The notes below the pieces were generated by a model. It saw only the letters and a program-made list of their open reading frames with translations, ran no database searches and was not told the DNA's origin. Positions 48,273 through 58,075 of a stretch of DNA of 64,000 nt are shown one piece after another (the first letter of the stretch is position 1; each line of letters starts with the position of its first letter). The position numbers were made by a program, and so were the translations under genes. Source of the stretch: Candidatus Parcubacteria bacterium (GTDB taxonomy: Bacteria > Patescibacteriota > Minisyncoccia > Phycocordibacterales > UBA918); NCBI GenBank assembly GCA_046050355.1, contig JBJOPW010000003.1, positions 21,760 to 85,759 of the forward strand, given 5' to 3'.

Positions 48273-49239
48273 AATTATCGCCGGCCTCCTCATCTGCGGC
48301 CTCATTATGCTTGTCACCCCGCAGACAAATGCCGGTACGCTTTCATGTTCGATTACCACTAATGCCGCTTGTACCCAAACCAAGATTCTTCGTCTCTCAG
48401 ATACCACCAACGCCCACGCTGAACTTCCAAGTCAATCAACTGCTGCTTATGATAACAATGTGGTCTGCTGCACGAACGTCATTGGTCTTGGCAACTCTTG
48501 CGCGGGCACCAATGCTATTGCGGTCAAACTATCCGCCACCACCAATGCCCACGCCGAACAAAACACCGAAGCCAACTATGCTGGTAACAATGCCTGTATC
48601 TCGGTTCCAACTGGTGGCAGTGTGACCGTTGGTTACCAGGCGTCGAACTGCACCGGCTACGACACCACTATCGGCTCAATCGAATCACTCACAAACTCCC
48701 ACGTCGGTGATGCAGCAGCGTATACCACCAAAATCTGCGCGACCGCCTCGGGTGTGCCGCAGACACTCGTCTTTAGTATCTCTGATAACAGTATTGGGTT
48801 TGGTTCACTCTCACCGGTCCAAACCAGGTACGCCACAGGAGATACCGTCGGTGCTACCAGTGACAGTGCTGACGCACATACTATTTCTATCGCCAGTAAC
48901 GCAACAGGAGGTTATAGTATGACGATTAGTGGACAGACCCTGACCTCTGGGGCTCATACTATTACTGCCATCGGCGGAACGGCCGTTGCCCCTGCTGTAG
49001 GTAACGAGCAATTTGGTGTACGCTTGAGCGTTAACTCCGGCACTGGCTCAGCAGCTTCACCATATAACGGCAGTAATTGGGCACTTGATACCGGTGCCTT
49101 CCCAGACACTATAGTGACCGGAAGTGGTGACTCGGTAACTACGGTGTATGGCGCCCGGTATATGGTAAACACGGCCACACTCACCGAACCCGGCAACTAC
49201 AACGCTGTTATCACATATACTGTTACGGCTACATTCTAA
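48250..49239 (+). CDS. Secreted Cys-rich plus WxL/pilin-like protein (paralogue of 44831-45898)
   Basis: Repeated LS.TTNAHAE; C-terminal domain aligns with the 44831 protein; ends PGNYNAVITYTVTATF. Confidence 0.7.
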   Translation: MSRLLHSKIIAGLLICGLIMLVTPQTNAGTLSCSITTNAACTQTKILRLSDTTNAHAELPSQSTAAYDNNVVCCTNVIGLGNSCAGTNAIAVKLSATTNAHAEQNTEANYAGNNACISVPTGGSVTVGYQASNCTGYDTTIGSIESLTNSHVGDAAAYTTKICATASGVPQTLVFSISDNSIGFGSLSPVQTRYATGDTVGATSDSADAHTISIASNATGGYSMTISGQTLTSGAHTITAIGGTAVAPAVGNEQFGVRLSVNSGTGSAASPYNGSNWALDTGAFPDTIVTGSGDSVTTVYGARYMVNTATLTEPGNYNAVITYTVTATF

Positions 49240-49245
49240 TCTTGA

Positions 49246-49491
49246 TTACAGACCCTGTTTGCGCGCGCCCCGACGATCATAAAAAGTCCAGAGGTAGTAC
49301 TGCTCCACTTTCTCTCTAGCCCACGGTGTTTTACGCAAAAACGTCAAACTCGAATTGACACTCGGTTTATCGACGAAACACTTGATCTTGATTTTTTGCC
49401 CAAGCGCTGCCCAGCCGTAGTGCGCTGACAACTCTTCGACCTGTCGCTTGAGAGTAATACCGTGAAGCGGATTATTTGGTTGTATGGTCAT
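49246..49491 (-). CDS. VF530/DUF2132 family protein
   Basis: [33 protein letters not shown]. Confidence 0.9.
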   Translation of the reverse strand: MTIQPNNPLHGITLKRQVEELSAHYGWAALGQKIKIKCFVDKPSVNSSLTFLRKTPWAREKVEQYYLWTFYDRRGARKQGL

Positions 49492-49498
49492 TATATTG

Positions 49499-50590
49499 CT
49501 AGCTTCCTTGATCAAATCGTTCAAGACTTTGATTCAATTGCCGATTCACCCGCACAAACGTGGCTCGCTTGGCAAATTCTTTGAGCGTGGCTGCCCCAAT
49601 GTACGTACCGGTACTCCGCAGTGCTCCAAACAAATCTTGCAAAAAGTCATAGATTGAACCCTTGAGGGGAATCAACGTGTAGCGTCCCTCACTCGCTCGA
49701 TGGGTATCTTTTTTTCCGTATAGCTTCGTCATAGCGTGATTCGAAGACGAACCAAAATACTCCTTGTACTGCCTGCCATCTTTTTCGACTGTTTCACCAG
49801 CACTTTCAATAAAACCCGAAAACATTGATCCAAACATATTAAAGTCGGCGCCAGCCGCAAACGCTTTAGCGACACAGGATGGATACTGCTGACCGCCATC
49901 GGCAATAATAAGTCCGCAGCCCTGCCCACTATTGAGGCCATGGGCTGCGTCTGCACACTCAATCACTGCACTGAGCTGTGGGTATCCCACCCCGGTCATC
50001 CGCCGAGTCGTACAAGCACTGCCGGGACCAATACCAACTTTTACAATATCGGCACCCGATAAAATAATCTCTTCGGTCATTTCGTTGGTGACCACGTTCC
50101 CGGCGATAATGATATGTTTCGGAAACATTTTTCGAATCAGTTTTATCGTATCAGTAAAACGTTCAAGGTAGCCATTTGGTACATCAATACAGATGAAGGC
50201 AAAATTATCCATGAGCTTGGCTTTCTGCATCGCTTTAATCTGCACAATATCTTCATCTCGAATCCCGATGGTGAACGCAATATAGGGTGCGATAGCGAGC
50301 AGTTCTTTTTTGGTCTTGAAGCTACCAAAAAACTGTTCAAAGTCTTTGACCGTGTAGTACTTATGAAAAGTGGTAACGATTTTTTGCTGTGACAAGATGC
50401 GTGCCATTTCAAAGGTCCCGCAGGTTGCCATATTAGCAGTCATAATAGGTACACCAGTCCAGACTTGTGGCGAGTGATAAAACTTGAACGTGCGTTCGAG
50501 AGAGACATCCTTCCGTGAGGTCAAGGTACTCCGTTTTGGGCGCAAGAGTACATCCTGATAATCAAGCTTAATTTCTTCTTCAATACGCAT
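49499..50590 (-). CDS. guaC: GMP reductase
   Basis: [44 protein letters not shown]. Confidence 0.93.
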   Translation of the reverse strand: MRIEEEIKLDYQDVLLRPKRSTLTSRKDVSLERTFKFYHSPQVWTGVPIMTANMATCGTFEMARILSQQKIVTTFHKYYTVKDFEQFFGSFKTKKELLAIAPYIAFTIGIRDEDIVQIKAMQKAKLMDNFAFICIDVPNGYLERFTDTIKLIRKMFPKHIIIAGNVVTNEMTEEIILSGADIVKVGIGPGSACTTRRMTGVGYPQLSAVIECADAAHGLNSGQGCGLIIADGGQQYPSCVAKAFAAGADFNMFGSMFSGFIESAGETVEKDGRQYKEYFGSSSNHAMTKLYGKKDTHRASEGRYTLIPLKGSIYDFLQDLFGALRSTGTYIGAATLKEFAKRATFVRVNRQLNQSLERFDQGS

Positions 50591-50633
50591 AATAATCTCA
50601 GTATACCAACTAATAGCCAACACCGCACGAAAC

Positions 50634-50918
50634 TCACTTCGGTTTTGAAAAGTACTTGGCAGCACCTGGCCTTCGGTGGGGACAGCCTGGCCAGCAGCAA
50701 GGGCGACGTTTCCCGCGTCCAAGGTCGAGGGTCAGGCGGCGTAAGTGGTCCGCACGCGTCTCGGCTTTTTTTACATACGTCACCCAACAGATCCACTCGT
50801 TGCGCGCCAGTGGCGTGAGACCATTCCAGATGTCTGGTATCCCTTTAGTACGAAGTAGCACCTGCCGCATATCAGTCGGTAGTCGGTGGTTTACCCCAGT
50901 AGCAAGAGTGGTTGTCAT
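50634..50918 (-). CDS. YdeI/OmpD-associated family protein
   Basis: TPLARNEWICWV..KKAETR..GKRRPCCWPGC. Confidence 0.8.
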   Translation of the reverse strand: MTTTLATGVNHRLPTDMRQVLLRTKGIPDIWNGLTPLARNEWICWVTYVKKAETRADHLRRLTLDLGRGKRRPCCWPGCPHRRPGAAKYFSKPK

Positions 50919-50927
50919 GCCTCTATT

Positions 50928-51152
50928 CTAGCGTATCTCTGAACAATAATGAAAAGGACCCTGAGCACGCATGCGCCCAGGGTCAGTTCTTTGCTCCTTG
51001 CCTCGTTCCGCTTGCTCACGGATGTACGCTTGCAAGCGTTCCACTGCTTCTGCTCGTGCCGCCTCCTGGTATTCGCTGTGTTTTGCCGCTTTGCACTGGT
51101 TCCGAGCTGTCTCCTGAGCATGTGTTCCTCCTTCTGACCAGAAAGACAACAT
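50928..51152 (-). CDS. Small hypothetical protein
   Basis: Charged 74-aa ORF; start uncertain. Confidence 0.3.
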   Translation of the reverse strand: MLSFWSEGGTHAQETARNQCKAAKHSEYQEAARAEAVERLQAYIREQAERGKEQRTDPGRMRAQGPFHYCSEIR

Positions 51153-51177
51153 ATCATAATTTTAGAACCGTGCAATT

Positions 51178-51846
51178 TTATTGCATCAGCTTCAGACGGC
51201 GCCAAGCTAACAAACTGCATTCAAATAAAACCCACATCCCGATAATAAATAGAATTAACCGCACATCAAGGAGCTGCAAGGCATCTTTACCGAGGGTATA
51301 GACAAGCACTCCCCAAAAGGTATTCCAAAGCAAGATTGCCAGTCCTGCCCGCACGACAAACCGATAAAGGCGCATCTGCACAATACCAGCGGCCGTCGAA
51401 GAAAACGCCGCCAGTCCAGGATTCCAAAACGTATAAAAAATGTACCGGGTATCGTGCCGTTCCAAATTTGCTTGTGCTTGTAGAATACTGCGCCGTAATC
51501 CAAACCGAAGGAAGAGCCGGTACCATCCATATTTGCCGAGTAGATAATTGATACTATAGCCACCAGCCATACCAACACTCACGGCACAGACCGACCAAAA
51601 CGCTGCCGTCGGATCTGGTGCCAATCCCACTCCCAAAAAGATAATGAGGCTACCCGGAAAGTATAGTCCAATAAAAAGAAGTGATTCTAAGAACGAACCA
51701 AACAGCAGCACCCATAGCCCGTATTGGCTCAACCAACTTGAAACAATAGCGATCATTTCGGTCTCTGGCGGCAAATCAAACAGACGCCACAAGAGTGCGA
51801 GCCCAAGCACTAAACCAAACCAAAATAACGCTGACTTAATTCCCAT
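51178..51846 (-). CDS. DedA-family membrane protein
   Basis: ES..IGLYFPG, NYLLGKYG, AG...M..RF. Confidence 0.85.
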   Translation of the reverse strand: MGIKSALFWFGLVLGLALLWRLFDLPPETEMIAIVSSWLSQYGLWVLLFGSFLESLLFIGLYFPGSLIIFLGVGLAPDPTAAFWSVCAVSVGMAGGYSINYLLGKYGWYRLFLRFGLRRSILQAQANLERHDTRYIFYTFWNPGLAAFSSTAAGIVQMRLYRFVVRAGLAILLWNTFWGVLVYTLGKDALQLLDVRLILFIIGMWVLFECSLLAWRRLKLMQ

Positions 51847-52391
51847 TACGATTGTTCGCCTTCAAGTGCTGCTTTGATAAGTGATTTGTTGAATGAGTTC
51901 GTCGTCTTTATTTGACTAAGTGCTTCTGCTTCAAACATCCCTACCGACACCTCAAGTTCGTAAGCTTGATTTAGTGCATCAAGCCGGGAAATCACTTCAC
52001 GCATGTCATCTTGTGATGCTACATCTGTATCTAATTTAATATAAGCCTCACTTAACGCTAACTCAGCAGCCGCTACGATTTCTAATTGGGATTTACCCTT
52101 TACACAAGTGAGCGTCGGTGTCTCCCATCCATACTCATAATTTTCGCAATCTAAAGAATCAGCCATCTCCTGTGTATTCTTGCTTTCCTTCAAATAATCA
52201 TTCCCAACTTCCGCAAAAGAAACCATGTCTTCTTCTTTCATGTTTGTTACATACTCCGTAGCTTCTTCCTGTGTCATTCCTGTATCTTCAGAAAAATTGT
52301 TAATCACATCTTGTTGAGTAAATGTGTACGCAGTACCACCAATCAGTAGCGTAACCACCCCACCAACAATAATGTTTTTGATGTTATCCAT
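51846..52391 (-). CDS. Secreted hypothetical protein
   Basis: N-terminal TM, acidic helical body. Confidence 0.65.
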   Translation of the reverse strand: MDNIKNIIVGGVVTLLIGGTAYTFTQQDVINNFSEDTGMTQEEATEYVTNMKEEDMVSFAEVGNDYLKESKNTQEMADSLDCENYEYGWETPTLTCVKGKSQLEIVAAAELALSEAYIKLDTDVASQDDMREVISRLDALNQAYELEVSVGMFEAEALSQIKTTNSFNKSLIKAALEGEQS

Positions 52392-52482
52392 ATGTATTAA
52401 CTATGCCATATGAAATATATTTCGTACATCCCATATACCAAAACAACATCCTGCAGGATGCTGTTTTGGCTTCGGCGATTGG

Positions 52483-52578
52483 TTACTTCTTTGGCTGTAC
52501 GGCAGCGGGCTGTGAAGCATCTTTACTCTGCGTATTGGGAGTTGGGGTCGTGGTTTCTACTTTTTTTTCATCTGCCAT
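52483..52578 (-). CDS. Putative 31-aa small protein MADEKKVETTTPTPNTQSKDASQPAAVQPKK
   Basis: Short ORF followed by terminator hairpin 52438-52469. Confidence 0.35.
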   Translation of the reverse strand: MADEKKVETTTPTPNTQSKDASQPAAVQPKK

Positions 52579-52681
52579 ATGAGTTGTCTTATGAGCGATT
52601 AAACCGCGGTACTGTCAGTATACGCTACATCACACAAATAGATAGTCAAAACGTTAGTCGAGTCGGCAGAGCGTTCTTGCC

Positions 52682-53068
52682 TTATACCACCCGGACCAAC
52701 TTCCCTTTTCGCTTTACGAGGTTTTTGTAGTCCCACTGTATCTCTTTAGCTTTTTTGAGCCAACGCTTCACTTCCTTTTCACTCACCTGCCCGACCGTCG
52801 TGAACGTGATACTGGCATCCTTGAATTTGCCCGTACCTGGCATCAGTGCCGCTTCACCAAAATCAGCACCGCTCCAAAACATCAGTCTGATACCACTTTT
52901 TAGTTTTGAATAGCCTACTACCGGATTGCCGTCAAGAAACCATACCGGGTGACGGTGCCAGATTTTGCTTTCCGCTTTTTTGAGATGAGTTTCAATAATG
53001 CGGAGCAACTCGTCACAAATCACTCGTTCACTAGCAGCCTGCACTTGATTGTATTCGTGTATTTCCAT
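52682..53068 (-). CDS. DUF1801 (YdhG-like) protein
   Basis: KIWHRHPVWFLDGNPVVGY, FWSG, QWDYKN. Confidence 0.88.
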   Translation of the reverse strand: MEIHEYNQVQAASERVICDELLRIIETHLKKAESKIWHRHPVWFLDGNPVVGYSKLKSGIRLMFWSGADFGEAALMPGTGKFKDASITFTTVGQVSEKEVKRWLKKAKEIQWDYKNLVKRKGKLVRVV

Positions 53069-53073
53069 AACAA

Positions 53074-53448
53074 CTATTTAGCTCTCGTTCGAAGAATCTT
53101 TTCTATCGGCTTACCTTTCGCCGATTCATCAATAAGCTTATCAAGGTACCGTACCTCGCGCATCAAGGGTTCTTGAATTGCTTCTACTCGCACCCCACAA
53201 ATAACACCAGTAATCAATTTACGATTCAGATTTAGCTTTGCTTGCTTAAAAAATGTTTCAAAGTTTGTCCCTTTTTTTATATGCGACAGAATACTCCGCT
53301 TCGAGTAGCCGGTAAGCCACAAAATCACCGCATCAACTTCAGCTTCAGTCCGCCCTTTCTTTACCGCCTTGGCCACATAGAGCGGATACACCACTCCAAA
53401 CGACATGGTCGCTACTCGCTTCAAAGTTGCTGGCGATGTCGGTTTCAT
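53074..53448 (-). CDS. DUF2200 family protein
   Basis: [39 protein letters not shown]. Confidence 0.9.
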   Translation of the reverse strand: MKPTSPATLKRVATMSFGVVYPLYVAKAVKKGRTEAEVDAVILWLTGYSKRSILSHIKKGTNFETFFKQAKLNLNRKLITGVICGVRVEAIQEPLMREVRYLDKLIDESAKGKPIEKILRTRAK

Positions 53449-53516
53449 ACTACTCTATGTTACCACAAGTACAGGCAGTGTAACTGAATCAGTATGTACC
53501 GAGTTATAAGTAGTAT

Positions 53517-53816
53517 ATGAAATGGCATCCTTTTTTAAATGCATTGGCAGCAACTTTATACATTACCGGCCTCGTTTCTTTTTTACAGTGGATTGAGACG
53601 TTTAAGGCCAACACCCCCGATACCCTCATCGATGGAGTCGGGGCTATTTCCCTCTTTACATTCTCCGGTTCAGTCATGGCTTTTCTCATTTTCTATCAAC
53701 CACTCGTGCGCCTCATCGACAAAGACTATCGTGGCGGACTTAACTACTTTCTCGCCACCCTCGGCTACTTTGGTCTCACTACCGCCATCATTCTGACAAC
53801 AGTATTGTGGCACTAG
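53517..53816 (+). CDS. Small membrane protein
   Basis: Three hydrophobic segments. Confidence 0.65.
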   Translation: MKWHPFLNALAATLYITGLVSFLQWIETFKANTPDTLIDGVGAISLFTFSGSVMAFLIFYQPLVRLIDKDYRGGLNYFLATLGYFGLTTAIILTTVLWH

Positions 53817-55621
53817 ACTAAACGCTCGTACCAAGATTTGTATTTTTTAACCATTGCCGGTATACCCTTAGAAGAATCAGCGATTTTTTGTTTACCATGT
53901 ACGAGAGTGATTGTGGTTGCTACCGTTTGAAGATTAGTCGGAACAGCTTTGCTGATCTGAGTACTATACTTTTTGGCTTCGCGAATGATGTCTTTTGGCG
54001 TACGCGTTACCTCTGCAATGAGAGATGTAGCGCTTAAAGGCTTACCTGTCACTTTGCGTACGGCAGTCTTAAAATCATAACGGGCTCCCCAAGACCAAGC
54101 GGCTTTTAATTCTCGCCCAACTGCTTTGTTATCAACTATTGAACCGTACTTCTTTTTGAAATAAGTGCGCCACTGGTAAAGTGCCACTCGCGCAAGACCA
54201 TACCCATGATATGAACAAGCACTCTCCCACGCATAAATATGTGGTGTATTGAGAGCACGGAGTGAATCAACTGAATGATCAAATATCTCACAATAAACCT
54301 GTTTAGCTATTCGTTTGATCGCATCAGCGGTTGGTGTTTTAAGTTCATAGACACGCCGTTCAAAAGTAGCCATAAATATAATGGACATAATATCTCTAGT
54401 ACGAGTTAATGCGCCAGCTTCTGTTTTTCGTCTCAAAAGATCAAGTGGATATGCGTGGCCACCTGCATTTTTTGCGTAACGACTTCGCCATTCGTAACTC
54501 GAAAAAATTGTATCGATGAACATACTCTGAGTCTCGGCCCAGGCAGCGGTCATTGGAGCGTATTCATGATTGAGGCAAACGTCACGTTCAGTGATATTCA
54601 AAAAGTGAGCTGCATGTCCTCCTTCATGAAACAGGGTTTTATAGGCAAGTTCTCCTGACCCTACCTGTCCCGGCACCACATTACAGGTAAATTGCGCTGA
54701 TCCAGGCAAACGTTTTCCTTTCTCGTACATCACAAGCTTTGGCCAGTGACAAAAGCCATTGTTATATTTGCCTGTCCGTTCAACTAAGTCTAGACGCAAC
54801 GTACCACCGGCAAAATTGATGCCGAGCTTTTGAAATGATTGCAGCCAACGCGACACCGCTTCCACAAACGGGAAATACTGGTCTTCCTCTTTGGTAAAAT
54901 CACCACTCGTAAAGTAAACAAAGTTCCAGGGCTTACGCAGGCCAGATTGCACTTTTTCGTGTGCTCGTATCGCCACCAGGTCAGATTTGGCAGCGGTAGC
55001 AATAGTCTCAAAAATCCCAAAGAGCTCGGCTTTGGTCATACCATCAATATGACGGAGTTTGTAGTCATAAAAATCATCATACCCTAGGAGACGCGCAAAC
55101 TCATTACGTAGTGATACCAGCGACACATATTCACTGAGACAATCAATGGCTAATGCTTCACGAGCCTCAAAGCAGGCTCGTCTCACTGCTTCGTCACTAT
55201 GTGTTGCAATCATTGACATCATTTTTAATGTCGAAGCTGACACAAACGTACCGGTCGCAGGATCAATATAGCCTTCTTGCCGGGTTGCCCGCTTTTGTTG
55301 GATGAGAGTCTCAAGTTTATTAATTTTATTACGAAGCGGTAACGCAGTTTCTGGTATTTGATACTGGGCAAAGAACCGCACCCACGTATCGAGTCGCTCT
55401 TTGGTGCGACCTTTAGCTTTTTGGGCCAGCGCTTCAGCGGTCGCCTTGTGTGCTCGATTGCCCCGAAAGGCGTCAAGTGCTACTAGAGCTCGATCTTTCT
55501 GTTGACCGACGTCACGAATACCCATATACGATTCCCAAAAAAGTGTTTCGTAGCGATAGTGTAAACGGTAATATGTTTTATTAACAAACGTCAAAAAGTC
55601 GACAGTGTTCATAGCTGGCAC
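53813..55621 (-). CDS. M3-family metallopeptidase
   Basis: TLFHEGGHAAH and AETQSM; start probably 55612. Confidence 0.85.
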   Translation of the reverse strand: MPAMNTVDFLTFVNKTYYRLHYRYETLFWESYMGIRDVGQQKDRALVALDAFRGNRAHKATAEALAQKAKGRTKERLDTWVRFFAQYQIPETALPLRNKINKLETLIQQKRATRQEGYIDPATGTFVSASTLKMMSMIATHSDEAVRRACFEAREALAIDCLSEYVSLVSLRNEFARLLGYDDFYDYKLRHIDGMTKAELFGIFETIATAAKSDLVAIRAHEKVQSGLRKPWNFVYFTSGDFTKEEDQYFPFVEAVSRWLQSFQKLGINFAGGTLRLDLVERTGKYNNGFCHWPKLVMYEKGKRLPGSAQFTCNVVPGQVGSGELAYKTLFHEGGHAAHFLNITERDVCLNHEYAPMTAAWAETQSMFIDTIFSSYEWRSRYAKNAGGHAYPLDLLRRKTEAGALTRTRDIMSIIFMATFERRVYELKTPTADAIKRIAKQVYCEIFDHSVDSLRALNTPHIYAWESACSYHGYGLARVALYQWRTYFKKKYGSIVDNKAVGRELKAAWSWGARYDFKTAVRKVTGKPLSATSLIAEVTRTPKDIIREAKKYSTQISKAVPTNLQTVATTITLVHGKQKIADSSKGIPAMVKKYKSWYERLV

Positions 55622-55716
55622 TATACCATATTACCCAGAGATTAGGCTTAAGAACCAATACCGAATGCACACTCATCGCTAAACACCAAGAGTCTGCTCA
55701 TCATACAGTCGGTCAA

Positions 55717-56055
55717 TTAATTCACCGACTTATTGACTGCCATAATTTCAATCCAAGCACCCGGAATACCGTAGTGAGGATGATCTTTAAACGTGTCCGC
55801 GACCATCTCAAGCGATTCGCCTTCGACAAATGAGTACATCATGATATCGTTGCGCACGTCAGTGACACCGGCGGCATCAACCCGCTTCGGCTTCCCGACT
55901 CCGGCCGTTTCGAGAATCATACCAGCATGGGCAGCCATCCAGGCATTCCAGTCGCCCTGCATTTTCTCTTCGTCGGCTTTACGCACTTCTTCGGGAAGCT
56001 TCATCCACTCATCAAGACCAGCATGTGGCATCTGGTAGGTGACAAAAAATTTCAT
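55717..56055 (-). CDS. YCII-like hypothetical protein
   Basis: W..WM..H, HPH..PG..IEIM. Confidence 0.65.
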   Translation of the reverse strand: MKFFVTYQMPHAGLDEWMKLPEEVRKADEEKMQGDWNAWMAAHAGMILETAGVGKPKRVDAAGVTDVRNDIMMYSFVEGESLEMVADTFKDHPHYGIPGAWIEIMAVNKSVN

Positions 56056-56112
56056 ACCCCTTTAGTATACTCCTAAAAAAGTAACTTGTGACGTATCAAC
56101 AAAGTGGGCAGT

Positions 56113-56334
56113 TTAGACCAAGGCTGGCACCTCAGTCTCAACAGGTGGGGTCGGGAGTCGTTTGGCAAGCAGACGGTCAATTACTGCCAGTCGCATACCA
56201 ATCAGCTCAAAACCGGCGAGCAAAGGCAAAATTCCCGGAAGAACCGGCAAAATTAATCCGAGTACTCCAAGTAGTATGAGGCTTATGCCGACCGTCTTGC
56301 GGAGCCAATGGCGCTGGTAGATATACTGCTTCAT
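56113..56334 (-). CDS. Small membrane protein (PGPGW/DUF454-like)
   Basis: G..LILLG..GLILPVLPG. Confidence 0.7.
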   Translation of the reverse strand: MKQYIYQRHWLRKTVGISLILLGVLGLILPVLPGILPLLAGFELIGMRLAVIDRLLAKRLPTPPVETEVPALV

Positions 56335-56405
56335 AGGGTTCTATATCCCTTCTGACGCCGCAGTTTGTACTTTCTTACAAGCAGCCCCAAATCCTCACAA
56401 TTTGC

Positions 56406-56690
56406 TTATATATGAGGAAATTCTTTCTTCCGATTCTTCGTATACCAGTACCAGGGTCGGGCCGGTGCACCGTTCATAAAATCAATGACCGCGATATAGG
56501 TATCAAGCACGCAAGGATCTTGCCGGACACCAGACACTTTACACATTAGTTTGTACAGCGCTAGTGGATCCTTTTGTTTCAAATCACTTGGCTCTTTGAG
56601 TCCAAGTAAGGCAAAATCCCGCGCCATCGCCGGACCGACGTTCGGGATGTCTTGAAACTTTTTAACCTCAGTATAGTGCGCTACTTTCAC
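56406..56690 (-). CDS. HhH-domain protein (Cdd1 / mitomycin-resistance-like)
   Basis: IPNVGPAMARD, QDPCVLD, PWYWYT. Confidence 0.8.
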   Translation of the reverse strand: MKVAHYTEVKKFQDIPNVGPAMARDFALLGLKEPSDLKQKDPLALYKLMCKVSGVRQDPCVLDTYIAVIDFMNGAPARPWYWYTKNRKKEFPHI

Positions 56691-56692
56691 AT

Positions 56693-57142
56693 TTATGCGA
56701 AATAACTCGCCAAAAGCGCAATCAGGAGCAACGTGACAAGCGGGTACAGCGCATCAGCAAAAAACTTTTGCCAGGCAATAGCTCGATCGTAATTACCCCA
56801 AAGGATGTGCCCACCGACGGTTGGCACGATAAAGCAAAGCCAGTTGAATACCACAAACCCGAGCGCCATAGCAAGTGGTACCCCATTTTTTATACTCATT
56901 GTCACAATGAGCACTACCGCTACTGAGGTCAACAGAGACAACAGCATCTGACCCGCATAAATCTTTGGCATAGTTGGCTTGGCCTCTTCTATCTTCCGCT
57001 GTTGTTCTTCAGGCGTTAGCTTATCAAAACCGAGATGACGCATATGGAGACGTCCCATCGGACTCTGCGGCATATGCCACAGAGTTCCCACCACAAATGC
57101 AATAACAACGCCGGCCAACGAAAGTGCTATAAGTGTGAACAT
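56693..57142 (-). CDS. DUF1761-like membrane protein
   Basis: FVVGTLWH..G; 4 TM segments. Confidence 0.7.
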   Translation of the reverse strand: MFTLIALSLAGVVIAFVVGTLWHMPQSPMGRLHMRHLGFDKLTPEEQQRKIEEAKPTMPKIYAGQMLLSLLTSVAVVLIVTMSIKNGVPLAMALGFVVFNWLCFIVPTVGGHILWGNYDRAIAWQKFFADALYPLVTLLLIALLASYFA

Positions 57143-57211
57143 ATAAAAGTATATCTAAACTGCCTGATACCATAAAATTGTATCATGAACTGAGGTAGAT
57201 GATTATTTTTG

Positions 57212-57282
57212 CTGCCGGACTTGGAATCGAACCAAGATACGCAGCTTCAAAGGCTGCTGTCCTACCTTTAGACGATCCGGCA
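57212..57282 (-). tRNA. tRNA-Gln(TTG)
   Basis: TGCCGGA/TCCGGCA acceptor stem; GCAGC-CTTTGAA-GCTGC. Confidence 0.95.
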
Positions 57283-57289
57283 ATGTATA

Positions 57290-57976
57290 TCATTTAGCTG
57301 CAGCAATGGCCTTGATCCAGCCCATTACCCGCCGATTCAACATAGTACTATGTCGTACACGAATTGCAACCAGACCTTTGTACGTTTCTTTGGTATTTTT
57401 TCTGACTGTTTTTGGGTTGTGTTTCTTAATTATCGGCTTCATGACATTTTCCTTGGTAAGACCAGTAACCTTGAGCCAGTAGCGAGTAATTTCATCAAGT
57501 CTTTCAATATGTCCTTGGTGTAAATGTAAGCGCATCGTAATATCTGCCTTGGGAACTGCCAAATTTTCATATAACCACCTCATATGAAATGCGATCATAT
57601 CCGAGTCAGAATTAGCAAAATCGAGCGGAACAGTAACTCGATAAATCTTCTCTTTAGCACCTTCAGCCCAGTAGAGAGCGGTGCCAATCAGTAATCGTTC
57701 ACGTACAGTCAGATCCCCTACCTCTTTGAGACTCTCACCAAATATTTCTACTGTATCATTCTCTCGATTGGTTCTCCTCTGTGCAGCACCACGTTGCTGT
57801 GCCAGTCTTCGCTTTTCGGTAAAAACTTGCGCTTGCGCCTTACTCAAAGCTACATCACGTAGCCATAGCGAAAGAGTTGACTTAGCTACTGGTACAACAC
57901 GCAATATCTCATTGTACGAATTGCCTGCTTTTCGCAGTTTAATCGCCTTCAATTTTTGTGTATTATCTCGAACCAT
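57290..57976 (-). CDS. HTH plus LAGLIDADG-like protein
   Basis: LRKAGNSYNEI..VAKSTLSLWL helix-turn-helix; LYWAEG..FANSD motif. Confidence 0.65.
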   Translation of the reverse strand: MVRDNTQKLKAIKLRKAGNSYNEILRVVPVAKSTLSLWLRDVALSKAQAQVFTEKRRLAQQRGAAQRRTNRENDTVEIFGESLKEVGDLTVRERLLIGTALYWAEGAKEKIYRVTVPLDFANSDSDMIAFHMRWLYENLAVPKADITMRLHLHQGHIERLDEITRYWLKVTGLTKENVMKPIIKKHNPKTVRKNTKETYKGLVAIRVRHSTMLNRRVMGWIKAIAAAK

Positions 57977-58075
57977 AATAACTAGGTATATACCGAGTAT
58001 ACTACTATCAACTACATAAGAATACACTTCTATACCACAAAACCGCCTTGAGGTGGTTTTGTGCTTTTGTCACCA

